Shown here: positions 1 to 12,555 of the stretch, piece by piece
Layout: every line of letters starts with the position of its first letter
Position numbering within the stretch: position 1 is the first letter of the stretch
Assembly (NCBI GenBank): GCA_900234795.1
Contig: LT962688.1
Location: 4,260,001-4,292,000, forward strand
Length of the DNA: 32,000 nucleotides
Source: Methylorubrum extorquens
GTDB lineage: Bacteria > Pseudomonadota > Alphaproteobacteria > Rhizobiales > Beijerinckiaceae
Reading direction: 5' to 3'
Program-made: the position numbers and the translations under genes
The notes under the pieces: model-generated
Databases searched by the model: none
Seen by the model: the letters and a program-made list of their open reading frames with translations, nothing else
Told to the model about the DNA's origin: nothing

Positions 1-839
1 CGCTGAATCTCGGCTTCGTTGGCGTCGAGGCGGCCTATGGCTGGCTCTCGAACTCCATGGCGCTGGTGGCCGATGCCGGCCACAACCTCTCCGACGTGCT
101 CGGCCTCGCCGCCGCCTGGATCGCCGCGGTGCTGGTGAAGCGGGCGCCCTCCGCGCGCTTCACCTACGGCCTGCGCGGCTCCTCGATCCTCGCCGCTTTG
201 TTCAACGCGGTGGTGCTTCTGGTCGCCACCGGCGGCATCATCGTCGAGGCGGTGCAGCGCTTCCTCGATCCGGCCCCGGTCGCTGGCACCACGGTGATGG
301 TGGTGGCCGGCATCGGCATCCTCATCAACGGCTTCACCGCGTGGCTGTTCGCCTCGGGCTCCAAGGACGACATCAACATCCGCGGCGCCTACCTGCACAT
401 GCTGGCCGACGCAGCGGTCTCGGCCGGCGTGGTGCTCGCGGGCCTCGTCATCCTCGCCACCGGCTTCGATTGGATCGACCCGCTGGTGAGCCTCGCCATC
501 GCCGCGCTCATCATCGCCGCGACCTGGGGGCTCCTGCGCGACAGCGTGGCGATGTCGCTCGCCGCGGTGCCGTCCGGCATCGATCCGGAGGCCGTGCGCG
601 CCTATCTCGCCGCCCGCCCCGGGGTGCGCGGGCTGCACGACTTGCACATCTGGCCGATGAGCACCACCGAAGTCGCCCTCACCGCCCATCTCGTGATCGC
701 CGACGCGGCGCCCGACCGGCTCTTCCTCAAGGAGACGGCGGACGCGTTGCGGGCGCGCTTCGGGATCGGTCACGCCACAATCCAGATCGAGATCGAGGGG
801 CAGACCGCCTGCACGCTGCCGACGAGCTGCGTCGCGTGA
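1..839 (+). CDS. Cation diffusion facilitator (CDF) family metal efflux transporter, 5' end cut by window edge
   Basis: The frame is open from nt 3 ([32 protein letters not shown]...), so the Met at 57 in the ORF track is internal. CDF hallmarks are visible: ADAGHNLSD (TM2 metal site), HMLADA (TM5 metal site), multiple hydrophobic segments, and a C-terminal cytoplasmic domain with HDLHIW. Stop TGA 837-839. Confidence 0.9.
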   Translation, partial: LNLGFVGVEAAYGWLSNSMALVADAGHNLSDVLGLAAAWIAAVLVKRAPSARFTYGLRGSSILAALFNAVVLLVATGGIIVEAVQRFLDPAPVAGTTVMVVAGIGILINGFTAWLFASGSKDDINIRGAYLHMLADAAVSAGVVLAGLVILATGFDWIDPLVSLAIAALIIAATWGLLRDSVAMSLAAVPSGIDPEAVRAYLAARPGVRGLHDLHIWPMSTTEVALTAHLVIADAAPDRLFLKETADALRARFGIGHATIQIEIEGQTACTLPTSCVA

Positions 840-1705
840 TGTCTCTCGATTTTCGCAAGCAGGTTTCCATGACAGCCAGGGCCTTCGTCGTCGGCCATCC
901 GATCCGGCATTCCCGCTCGCCGCTGATCCACGGGCACTGGCTCGCCGAGCACGGGTTGGATGGCAGCTACGAGCGCATCGACGTGGCGCCGGAGGCGTTC
1001 GAGGCCTTCATCCGCCGGCTTCCGGCCTCGGGCTTTGCCGGCGGCAATGTCACCATCCCGCACAAGGAGGCGGCCTATCGTCTGGCCGATTCCCTGACGG
1101 AGCGGGCGAAAAAGATCGGTGCGGTGAACACGCTGATCGTCGAGGGCGACCGCGTCCGCGGCGACAACACCGACGCGCCGGGCTTCATCGCCCATCTCGA
1201 CCACAGCCTGGGGGAGCGCTGGCCCGAGCGGACCGGCGGGTCCGCCCTCGTGCTCGGCGCGGGCGGCGCGGCGCGCGCCATCGTCGTCGGGCTGGTGGAG
1301 CGGGGGCTCTCGGTCCGCGTCGCCAACCGCAGCCCCGAGCGGGCGCGGGCGCTCGTCGAACTCGACCCCGAACATATCGAGGCGCTGGCCTGGGAGGCCG
1401 TGCCGGACGCGCTTTCCGACACCGGGCTTCTCGTCAACACCACCTCGCTCGGGATGGCAGGTCACCCGCCGCTCGAAATCGACCTCGCCCCGCTCCCGGA
1501 CCGCGCGGCAGTGGCCGACATCGTCTACGTGCCGCTGGAGACGAAGCTGCTCGCCGCGGCGCGGGCGCGGGGGCTCGCGGCGGTCGACGGGCTCGGCATG
1601 CTGCTGCACCAGGCGGTGCCGGGCTTCGCGGCATGGTTCGGCCTGCGGCCCGAGGTGACGCCGGCCCTGCGCCAAACAATCGTCGCGGATCTCGTCGCGA
1701 AATGA
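839..1705 (+). CDS. aroE: Shikimate 5-dehydrogenase
   Basis: Motifs: [38 protein letters not shown], and Rossmann motif [12 protein letters not shown] 839 overlaps the CDF stop by 1 nt (TGATG). An in-frame alternative ATG lies at 869 (MTARAFVVG). The ORF-track start 341 is an Arg/Pro-rich upstream extension overlapping the CDF gene. Confidence 0.93.
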   Translation: MSLDFRKQVSMTARAFVVGHPIRHSRSPLIHGHWLAEHGLDGSYERIDVAPEAFEAFIRRLPASGFAGGNVTIPHKEAAYRLADSLTERAKKIGAVNTLIVEGDRVRGDNTDAPGFIAHLDHSLGERWPERTGGSALVLGAGGAARAIVVGLVERGLSVRVANRSPERARALVELDPEHIEALAWEAVPDALSDTGLLVNTTSLGMAGHPPLEIDLAPLPDRAAVADIVYVPLETKLLAAARARGLAAVDGLGMLLHQAVPGFAAWFGLRPEVTPALRQTIVADLVAK

Positions 1706-2322
1706 GCGCGCCTCACCACCCCCGCCCGCCCGTGGTGCTCGGCCTCACCGGCTCGATCGGCATGGGCAAGTCGGCCACCGCCGCGATGTTCTCCGCCCGC
1801 GGCGTTCCGGTCCACGATTCCGACGCGGCGGTCCACGCCCTCTACGGGCCGGGCGGCGCCGCGGCGCAGGCGATCGGCGAAGCCTTTCCGGGCACGCTGA
1901 CGCCGGAAGGCGGCGTCGATCGGCCGGCCCTGCGCAAGGCGGTGCTGGGCGATTCCGAAAAACTCGCCCGGCTGGAAGCGATCGTGCATCCGCTGGTCCG
2001 GGAGGAGAGCCGCGCCTTCCTTGCCCGCAACGCCGCGGCGCCGCTGGTCGTCCTCGACATCCCGCTCCTGTTCGAGACCGGGGCCGACGCCCGCTGCGAC
2101 GCCGTCCTCGTCGTCACCGCCCCGGCGCCGGTGCAGCGCGCCCGCGTGCTCGCCCGCCCCGGCATGACCGAGGACGCGTTCGAGGCGATCCGCGCCAAGC
2201 AGATGCCGGATGCCGAGAAGCGGGCGCGGGCGGACTACGTGATCGACACGAGCCGCGGGTTCGAACACGCGGAAGCGGAGGTGGGGCGGATCGTCGAGGA
2301 ACTGACCGGCCGAACCCGCTGA
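1702..2322 (+). CDS. coaE: Dephospho-CoA kinase
   Basis: P-loop [13 protein letters not shown] near the N-terminus, then [10 protein letters not shown], and a length of about 206 aa. ATG 1702 overlaps the aroE stop (ATGA). The conserved alphaproteobacterial order aroE-coaE-dnaQ supports the call. Confidence 0.92.
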   Translation: MSAPHHPRPPVVLGLTGSIGMGKSATAAMFSARGVPVHDSDAAVHALYGPGGAAAQAIGEAFPGTLTPEGGVDRPALRKAVLGDSEKLARLEAIVHPLVREESRAFLARNAAAPLVVLDIPLLFETGADARCDAVLVVTAPAPVQRARVLARPGMTEDAFEAIRAKQMPDAEKRARADYVIDTSRGFEHAEAEVGRIVEELTGRTR

Positions 2323-2392
2323 AGGGCTCTGCCGGTTAACGCATCCTTGGCGAGCTGCGCGCAGGCTGTTCTCCTGCATCGGATCGGAAAAA

Positions 2393-3103
2393 ATGCTGCG
2401 CGAGATCGTCCTCGATACCGAGACCACCGGCACGGAGGCTCGAAACGGCGACCGGCTGATCGAGATCGGCTGCGTCGAACTCATCAACCACGTCCAGACC
2501 GGCGAGACCTTCCACCGGCTCATCAACCCGCAGCGGGCGGTGTCCGAAGGGGCGTTCGCGGTGCACGGCATCTCGGATGCGATGCTCGCCGACAAGCCGG
2601 TCTTCGCCGAGGTGGTCGATGCCTTCCTCGAATTCTGCGGCGATGCGCGCTTGGTGATCCACAACGCGCCCTTCGACGTCGGCTTCCTCAACATGGAGTT
2701 CGCCCGGCTCGGGCCCGCCGCGCCGAAGGCGATCGCGCTGGAGGACGTGGTCGATACCCTGCTGCTCGCCCGCCGCAAGCATCCGGGCGCGGCCAATAAC
2801 CTCGATGCCCTGTGCAACCGCTACGGCGTGGACACCACCCGCCGCGTCAAGCACGGCGCGCTGCTCGACGCGCAGATCCTGGCCGAGGTCTATGTCGAGT
2901 TGCTCGGCGGCAAGCAGACCAGCTTGGGGCTCAGCATCGCCGAGCCGGCCGAGACCGTGACGCTCGGGGCCTTGACTGATTCGGGTCCGGTCGGCCCGCG
3001 GCTAATGCGCAGCCGTCTAACCGAAGGCGAGCGCTTGCGGCATGACAGCTTTGTCGAGAGCCTCGGAACAAACGCCGTCTGGCGGGAATACATGGAACCG
3101 TGA
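2393..3103 (+). CDS. dnaQ: DNA polymerase III epsilon subunit (3'-5' proofreading exonuclease)
   Basis: Exo I VLDTETTG, Exo II HNAPFDVGFL, Exo III HGALLDAQILAEVY. 236 aa. Confidence 0.95.
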   Translation: MLREIVLDTETTGTEARNGDRLIEIGCVELINHVQTGETFHRLINPQRAVSEGAFAVHGISDAMLADKPVFAEVVDAFLEFCGDARLVIHNAPFDVGFLNMEFARLGPAAPKAIALEDVVDTLLLARRKHPGAANNLDALCNRYGVDTTRRVKHGALLDAQILAEVYVELLGGKQTSLGLSIAEPAETVTLGALTDSGPVGPRLMRSRLTEGERLRHDSFVESLGTNAVWREYMEP

Positions 3104-3225
3104 GCCCATGACCGCAGCGGAAACGATCCGTTAAGTCTTTCTTTGCGTGCGGTCTTTGGCGTCGAAGCGCCCGTCGCTCGGCCGACGAGGCGTAAGCGGA
3201 GCCTCTCCGACCTCATCACCGGTCT

Positions 3226-3262
3226 TGCTGCAATGCAAAAAACTTCATCTTGCAGTGCAGCA
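3226..3262. promoter_or_regulatory. Imperfect 13-bp inverted repeat (candidate operator/promoter element) upstream of the RHH gene
   Basis: TGCTGCAATGCAA (3226-3238), an 11-nt spacer, then TTGCAGTGCAGCA (3250-3262). 12 of 13 positions are complementary. The patch is locally A/T-rich (A6 run at 3237-3242). Confidence 0.3.
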
Positions 3263-3309
3263 TGAGCCCTCCCATACCATCCCTGTGGCTGGCGCAGGGA
3301 TGTCGCGCG

Positions 3310-3759
3310 ATGATGGACGTGGTGCAGGAGAGACGGCCGGATGCCCCGATCGCCGTGCGGTTCGGGGCCAAACCCGGCGACCATGAGAAAATCACGGTCA
3401 ATCTCGGCTTCGTCGATCTCGGGCATGTCGATCTGCTGGTTTCGGAAGGCGTCTACGCCAACCGCAGCGATTTCATCCGCACGGCGGTGCGCAACCAGAT
3501 CGAGCGGCACGCCGAGATCACCCGCCAATCGGTGGCCCGTAAACCGATCGAAGTCGGCCTGCGCCGCTACGGCCGGGCCGAACTGGAAGCGGCACAGGCG
3601 GCGGGGACACGGCTCGACATCCGCGTCCTCGGCCTCGCCGTCATCGCCGACGATGTTCCCGCCGACCTCGCCAGCGCCGCGATCGCTTCGATCGAAGTGC
3701 TCGGCAGCCTTCAGGCGAGCCCCGCCGTGAAGCGGGTGCTGGCCGACCGTCTGCCCTGA
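3310..3759 (+). CDS. Ribbon-helix-helix (CopG/Arc/MetJ-like) DNA-binding protein with uncharacterised C-terminal region
   Basis: KITVNLGFVDLGHVDLLVSEGVYANRSDFIRTAVRNQIERH fits the beta-strand/helix/helix pattern of RHH domains. Start chosen at ATG 3310 because codons 3250-3309 have poor third-position G/C (ata, cca, cct, gga, tgt). Alternatives are ATG 3262 and TTG 3250. Confidence 0.6.
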   Translation: MMDVVQERRPDAPIAVRFGAKPGDHEKITVNLGFVDLGHVDLLVSEGVYANRSDFIRTAVRNQIERHAEITRQSVARKPIEVGLRRYGRAELEAAQAAGTRLDIRVLGLAVIADDVPADLASAAIASIEVLGSLQASPAVKRVLADRLP

Positions 3760-3830
3760 TCCTCAAAAAACCCCCTCGTGACCCGCTGCGCTCGCGCGCG
3801 CCCGTCGCCGACCCGGAAAGCGAGACCCGC

Positions 3831-5099
3831 ATGACCGAACGTCACAACGCCTTCTTCACGGATATCGCCGAGGCCACCCGCCTGACCCAGGCCGGACGGC
3901 TCGGTGAGGCGACCGCCCTCATCCAGCGCAGCCTCGGTGGTGCGAGCCTCTCCGCCGAGGGGGTGCGGCCGACCGATGCGTCGCCCGCCCCGCACGGGAC
4001 GCCGCGCCTCGAAGGGCCGGCGACCCGGCTCGATCCGGAGGTGGGTGCGGCTCAGGCGACGGATCACGCGACGCTGATCCCCGAACGGCTTCGCGAGAAC
4101 ATCGACCACGTGATGCAGGGCCTGCGCTCGCTGGTGCCCTCGCTGAACGGGCTGACAGGCGGTGGCCAGCAGGCGCCCGGACCCAACGGGACCGAACCCG
4201 ACGGGGTCGCGTCGGAGGGCGGCCAGTTCGTCGAGCGCAGCTTCTCCAACGCCGCCGGGGCGCGGGACTACAAGCTGTTCATCCCGAGCCCGCGGAGCGG
4301 ACCGCGCCCGCTGCTCGTGATGCTGCACGGCTGCAGCCAGTCGCCGGAGGATTTCGCGGCGGGAACGCGGATGAACACGCTCGCCGAAGAGGAGGGGGTC
4401 TACGTCGCCTATCCCCGCCAGACGAGCCGGGCCAACGCGCAGAAGTGCTGGAACTGGTTCGAGCCCGGCGACCAGGGCCGGGAGATGGGCGAGGCCGGCA
4501 TCGTTGCGGGCCTCGTCCGCGCGATCTGCGCCGAGCATTCGATCGATCGCTCCCGCATCTACATCGCCGGGCTCTCGGCGGGCGGGGCGGCGGCGGCCAA
4601 CATCGCCCGGGCCTATCCCGACCTGTTCGCGGGCCTCGGCGTGCATTCGGGTCTCGCTGCCGGCTGCGCCCGTGACCTGTCCTCGGCGCTCTCGGCGATG
4701 CGGGTCGGCGCGCCCGGTGCGGCCGAGCCCGGAGGTGCGGCCGGCTTCGGCGCCGGCGCGGTGACGCAGAAGCTGCGGGTCCCGACCATCGTCTTCCACG
4801 GCGAGGGTGACGGCACCGTCCATCCCCGCAACGCCGACGCCGTGCTGGCGCAGGCCGGCATCGAGGCTCTGACGCCGCGCCAGGAGGGCGGGATCAACGG
4901 CCGTCACAGCTACACCCGCACCCGCTACGCCGACGAGGCCGGCCGCATTCAGGTCGAGGCATGGTCGGTGCAGGGCGCGGGCCACGCGTGGTGCGGCGGC
5001 AGCTCGGCGGGCAGCTACACGGACCCGAACGGGCCGGATGCCTCGCGCGCGATGCTCGACTTCTTCCTCAGCCACAGCCTGACGGGCGGCCAGGGTTAA
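3831..5099 (+). CDS. Alpha/beta-hydrolase esterase, PHB depolymerase family (LpqC-like)
   Basis: LLVMLHGCSQSPEDFAAGTRMN, QKCWNWF, and nucleophile elbow IAGLSAGGAAA. These are characteristic of the esterase/PHB depolymerase family. About 130 aa precede the hydrolase core. 422 aa. Confidence 0.85.
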   Translation: MTERHNAFFTDIAEATRLTQAGRLGEATALIQRSLGGASLSAEGVRPTDASPAPHGTPRLEGPATRLDPEVGAAQATDHATLIPERLRENIDHVMQGLRSLVPSLNGLTGGGQQAPGPNGTEPDGVASEGGQFVERSFSNAAGARDYKLFIPSPRSGPRPLLVMLHGCSQSPEDFAAGTRMNTLAEEEGVYVAYPRQTSRANAQKCWNWFEPGDQGREMGEAGIVAGLVRAICAEHSIDRSRIYIAGLSAGGAAAANIARAYPDLFAGLGVHSGLAAGCARDLSSALSAMRVGAPGAAEPGGAAGFGAGAVTQKLRVPTIVFHGEGDGTVHPRNADAVLAQAGIEALTPRQEGGINGRHSYTRTRYADEAGRIQVEAWSVQGAGHAWCGGSSAGSYTDPNGPDASRAMLDFFLSHSLTGGQG

Positions 5100-5111
5100 G
5101 CCAAGGCCGGA

Positions 5112-5152
5112 GCATCGTCCCGGAATCCGGTCCTCACCGTTCGGGACGATGC
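5112..5152. terminator. Hairpin between convergent esterase and Nudix genes (no U-tract)
   Basis: GCATCGTCCCG (5112-5122) pairs perfectly with CGGGACGATGC (5142-5152), with a 19-nt loop. It starts 13 nt after the esterase stop and includes the last codons and stop of the minus-strand Nudix gene. There is no T-run, so terminator function is uncertain. Confidence 0.25.
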
Positions 5153-5589
5153 GCCAGCGCGGCCGCAAGGCCGTCGGGGAAGAGGGCGGCGCCGTCCGGA
5201 AGGGCGGCCGGCCGGAGCCAGCGCGCGGTGCAGGCCGTGCCGTCATCCTCGCTGAAACGGATCACGTCGCGGTCGTAGAGGGCCGCGTCGTGAAGGCGGA
5301 TGTCGGCCGCGAACACGATCTCGTGGCCGAGCGCGCCTTCGTGGCGATAGATGTTCTCGAACACCGTCCAGGGTCCGGTCATCGTCACGCCGCAGCCCAG
5401 CTCTTCCCGAAACTCCCGGTCCAGGGCTTGTTCGCGGGTCTCGCCGAAGGCGACGCTGCCGCCGGGCGGACGCACGCCCTTGATCCGGCCGCGATCGTCG
5501 AGGACCTCGACGGCCAGCAGCGCGTCCCCGCGCCAAGCTAGCCCGATCACCTTGACGCGGATCTGTTGGGGTGGGCGCCAGGTCGTCAT
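5134..5589 (-). CDS. Nudix hydrolase
   Basis: Complete Nudix box GSVAFGETREQALDREFREELGC (G-x5-E-x7-RE-xx-EE-x-G). Start taken at ATG 5589 (MTTWRPPQQIRVKV...), which overlaps the stop of the upstream PPTase gene (ATGA at 5586-5589). The ORF-track start 5652 is an Arg-rich extension. Confidence 0.88.
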   Translation of the reverse strand: MTTWRPPQQIRVKVIGLAWRGDALLAVEVLDDRGRIKGVRPPGGSVAFGETREQALDREFREELGCGVTMTGPWTVFENIYRHEGALGHEIVFAADIRLHDAALYDRDVIRFSEDDGTACTARWLRPAALPDGAALFPDGLAAALAHRPER

Positions 5590-6503
5590 CGGTGTCCGGT
5601 CTCTTCGCGATCGCCGTCGCGAGGGGGCGGTACGGCGTCTTCGGCCCGCCACCGCCTTGCAGCTTCGGCCAAGCCCGATCGCACCTCTTCCCAGGCCGCC
5701 GCTTCGACCGCAAGCGCCGCCGCGGGAGGGCGCGGCAGAACGAGGGCGGCGGCGAGATCACCCGCGGCGAGGCTCAGCCCCCGGTATTGCGCGAAATTGG
5801 CGAAGGTGACGCCGAGCCCCGGCGGCTCCGTCACGACGCTGCCGACAGCCAGAAGATCGAGCGGCACGGTGAGGCCGCAGCGCAGGGTCTTGGACAGCGC
5901 CTCCTTCAGGCACCACAGCCGGGTCAGCCGCTCGGCCTCCGGCGCATCGAGCCGGGCGGCGATGTGCCGACGCTCGGCGGCAAGGGTCTGGCGCGTCAGC
6001 AGCGCGACGTTGGCCGGCTGAATCCGCTCCAGATCGATCCCCATCGGGCAGGCCTCGGGAAACACCACCGCCACGGCGACCGGGCCGGCATGGGACAGGC
6101 TGATGCCGAGGTTTTCGACCCCGGTGCCGGAGAGAACCGGCTGCTCCAGCACACCGGGCCGGATCGCGAGATCCCGCGGGTCGAGCTCGGGCCGAAAGGC
6201 GGCGAGCGCGCATTTCGCCGCGTAGCGCCCGATCAACAGGCCGTGGCGCCGCCGCGCATGGAGCCGGTCGGTGAGCAGCGCCTCTTCGGCTGCGTGAAGA
6301 AAGCCGCCGCGATGGGCGTCGAGCCAATCGAGCGGTGCGCTCGCGAGCGCCAGAACGGCCTGGATCGGGCCGGTCCGGGGCGCCTCGAGCGTGAGGCGCA
6401 GGCTCCGCACCAGCGGGACGGCAGTGCCCGCACCTGCCGCGCTTTCGGCGCTTTCCTCACCCGTCATGGCCGCCCACTCGCCTCGCTTGCCTTCGCGCGT
6501 CAT
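5586..6503 (-). CDS. 4'-phosphopantetheinyl transferase (Sfp/EntD type)
   Basis: PPTase motifs ISLSHAGPVAVAVV, GIDLERI and WCLKEALSK. Alternative in-frame ATG at 6467. Confidence 0.85.
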   Translation of the reverse strand: MTREGKRGEWAAMTGEESAESAAGAGTAVPLVRSLRLTLEAPRTGPIQAVLALASAPLDWLDAHRGGFLHAAEEALLTDRLHARRRHGLLIGRYAAKCALAAFRPELDPRDLAIRPGVLEQPVLSGTGVENLGISLSHAGPVAVAVVFPEACPMGIDLERIQPANVALLTRQTLAAERRHIAARLDAPEAERLTRLWCLKEALSKTLRCGLTVPLDLLAVGSVVTEPPGLGVTFANFAQYRGLSLAAGDLAAALVLPRPPAAALAVEAAAWEEVRSGLAEAARRWRAEDAVPPPRDGDREETGHR

Positions 6504-6522
6504 CCTGGAACCGGATCTAGGA

Positions 6523-6591
6523 CGATGCGCGAAGCTCTTGTTCTCGCATCATCTTTTTCCGAAAGCCGCGATCCACCTTTCGGGATGATGC
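6523..6591 (+). promoter_or_regulatory. Two mutually exclusive hairpins in the leader upstream of the ampC-like gene (attenuator-like)
   Basis: Hairpin 1: GATGCGCGAA (6523-6532) pairs with TTCTCGCATC (6541-6550) with one mismatch, followed by ATCTTTTT (T5 at 6554-6558). Hairpin 2: GCATCATC (6546-6553) pairs with GATGATGC (6584-6591) and encloses CCGAAAG (6559-6565) paired with CTTTCGG (6577-6583). The two structures share nt 6546-6550. Confidence 0.25.
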
Positions 6592-6623
6592 TCTAGCCAA
6601 GAAGGAAACGCGCCATCTCCGCA

Positions 6624-8204
<1,581 letters not shown>

Positions 8205-8211
8205 CGCAGGC

Positions 8212-11124
<2,913 letters not shown>

Positions 11125-11230
11125 CGTGAACCTGCGGTCGTGAGGTCGTCGCGGGCGGCAGTTTCGGGCGCCGCCGGCCTGTGTTGGGCGGGCTTATAGA
11201 GGTAAATATCCGCAGGCGCATCCGGTAGTG

Positions 11231-11270
11231 CCGGACCGGATAACCAAGAGGTCGCCCGGTCCGGGTTTTT
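11231..11270 (+). terminator. Terminator-like hairpin plus T5 inside the secA / PPIase divergent intergenic region
   Basis: CCGGACCGG (11231-11239) pairs with CCGGTCCGG (11256-11264), with a 16-nt loop, then G TTTTT (11266-11270). No plus-strand gene lies upstream. An AT-rich island CTTATAGAGGTAAATATC sits at 11193-11210. Confidence 0.3.
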
Positions 11271-11598
11271 GGCGGGCCTCCGTCGCCGGCGCCCGCCGCC
11301 GCGGGCTCAAGCTTTCGCTCCGCGCGACGCTTTTCCGGACCCAAAGTCCTGTAAAGCCCGCTCCGCGCGGCGCTCTTCGCGCCCGGCAGGCCGCGCCACC
11401 GCTCTTCGCGCGACGGCCGCATCGACCCGCGGTCACGAGACCGCGCGGCCATCAAGGCCACGCTTGCCTTTGCCCGGAAGAGGTTCCACCTGTGTCGCGC
11501 TTCGCGGCGCCTGCCGCATTCCCGACGAGCCCCGCGGGACGAAGCCGGACGGCGCTAAACCGGCCCGGCGGGGACGACGCCAAGGAACGACGCTTCCG

Positions 11599-12501
11599 AT
11601 GCCGATTCCGTTCTCCCTCCGGCGCGCGAGCGCCCTCGCGCTGATGCTCACCCTGCCGGGCGCCGTCCTGGCTCAGGCGCCTGCGGGCCAGAAGACGCCC
11701 AGCGCGCCCGCTCCCGTTCCGGCGGCAGTTCCGCCGGAGACGGTGGTGGCGCGGGTCAACGGTCAGGCGATCACCGCCGCCGACCTCGCGATCGCCGCCG
11801 AGGATCCGGCGCTGTCGCTGCCGGGCGTCGACGAGGGGGCCAAGCAGAACCTGCTCGTCGATTACATGGTCGATCTCAAGGTCGGCGCGCAGGCGGCCGA
11901 ATCTGCCAAGGTTGGCGACGCGCCCGAGTTCAAGCGCAAGCTCGCCTACTTCCGCGACAAGCTCCTGCTCGACGACTACCTCGAGCGCGAGGCCAAGAAG
12001 GCGGTGACGCCCGAGGCCGCCAAGGCGCTCTACGAACAGACCGTGAAGTCGATGAAGCCCGAGGAGGAGGTGCGGGCCCGCCACATCCTCGTCGAGAGCG
12101 AAGACGAGGCGAAGAAGATCGCCGCACGCGTCAAGGGCGGCGAGGATTTCGCCAAGATCGCGGGCGAGGTCTCGAAGGATCCCGGCTCCAAGACCGAGGG
12201 CGGCGATCTCGGCTGGTTCAGCCAGGAGCGGATGGTGAAGCCCTTCGCCGACGCCGCCTTCAAGATGACGCCGGGGCAGGTCTCCGATCCCGTGAAGACC
12301 CAGTTCGGCTGGCACGTGCTGCGCGTCGAGGAGAAGCGGACGAAGCCCGTGCCGACCTTCGACGAGATGAAGGACCAGATCGACCAGTACCTCACCCGCA
12401 AGGCGCAGCAGGACACGATCGTGAAGCTGCGCGAGGCGGCCAAGGTTGAGCGTGCTGGCAGCACCGCGACGCCGGCCGCGGGTGAGACCAAGAAGCCCTG
12501 A
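11599..12501 (+). CDS. Periplasmic parvulin-type peptidyl-prolyl cis-trans isomerase (SurA/PpiC-like)
   Basis: Signal peptide MPIPFSLRRASALALMLTLPGAVLAQA. Parvulin domain RARHILVESEDEAKKI...GGDLGWFSQERMVKPFADAAF...QFGWHVLRVEE. The ORF-track start 11269 adds 110 Arg/Pro/Ala-rich codons and was rejected. Confidence 0.9.
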   Translation: MPIPFSLRRASALALMLTLPGAVLAQAPAGQKTPSAPAPVPAAVPPETVVARVNGQAITAADLAIAAEDPALSLPGVDEGAKQNLLVDYMVDLKVGAQAAESAKVGDAPEFKRKLAYFRDKLLLDDYLEREAKKAVTPEAAKALYEQTVKSMKPEEEVRARHILVESEDEAKKIAARVKGGEDFAKIAGEVSKDPGSKTEGGDLGWFSQERMVKPFADAAFKMTPGQVSDPVKTQFGWHVLRVEEKRTKPVPTFDEMKDQIDQYLTRKAQQDTIVKLREAAKVERAGSTATPAAGETKKP

Positions 12502-12555
12502 GGGAATGGGTAGAGGCCGGCGGGCGCTAAGTCATGCGTCAGTAGCATGTCGGAG

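Noticed and set aside
3310-3759. RHH protein as the antitoxin of a type II toxin-antitoxin pair
   Set aside because: No small toxin-like ORF (ParE/RelE/CcdB/VapC size or motifs) lies adjacent on either side. The next gene is a 422-aa esterase 71 nt downstream.
770-6596. Other long antisense or alternate-frame ORFs: 770-1675(-), 1525-2817(-), 3711-5246(-), 5243-5761(-), 5571-6596(+)
   Set aside because: All are antisense to, or frame-shifted relative to, genes with strong family signatures (aroE, coaE, dnaQ, esterase, Nudix, PPTase), and all are compositionally Arg/Ala/Pro/Gly-biased.
11269-11598. 110-codon N-terminal extension of the PPIase ORF
   Set aside because: The extension is Arg/Pro/Ala-rich. 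ATG 11599 gives a canonical signal peptide (ALALMLTLPGAVLAQA) immediately at the N-terminus, as expected for a periplasmic parvulin.
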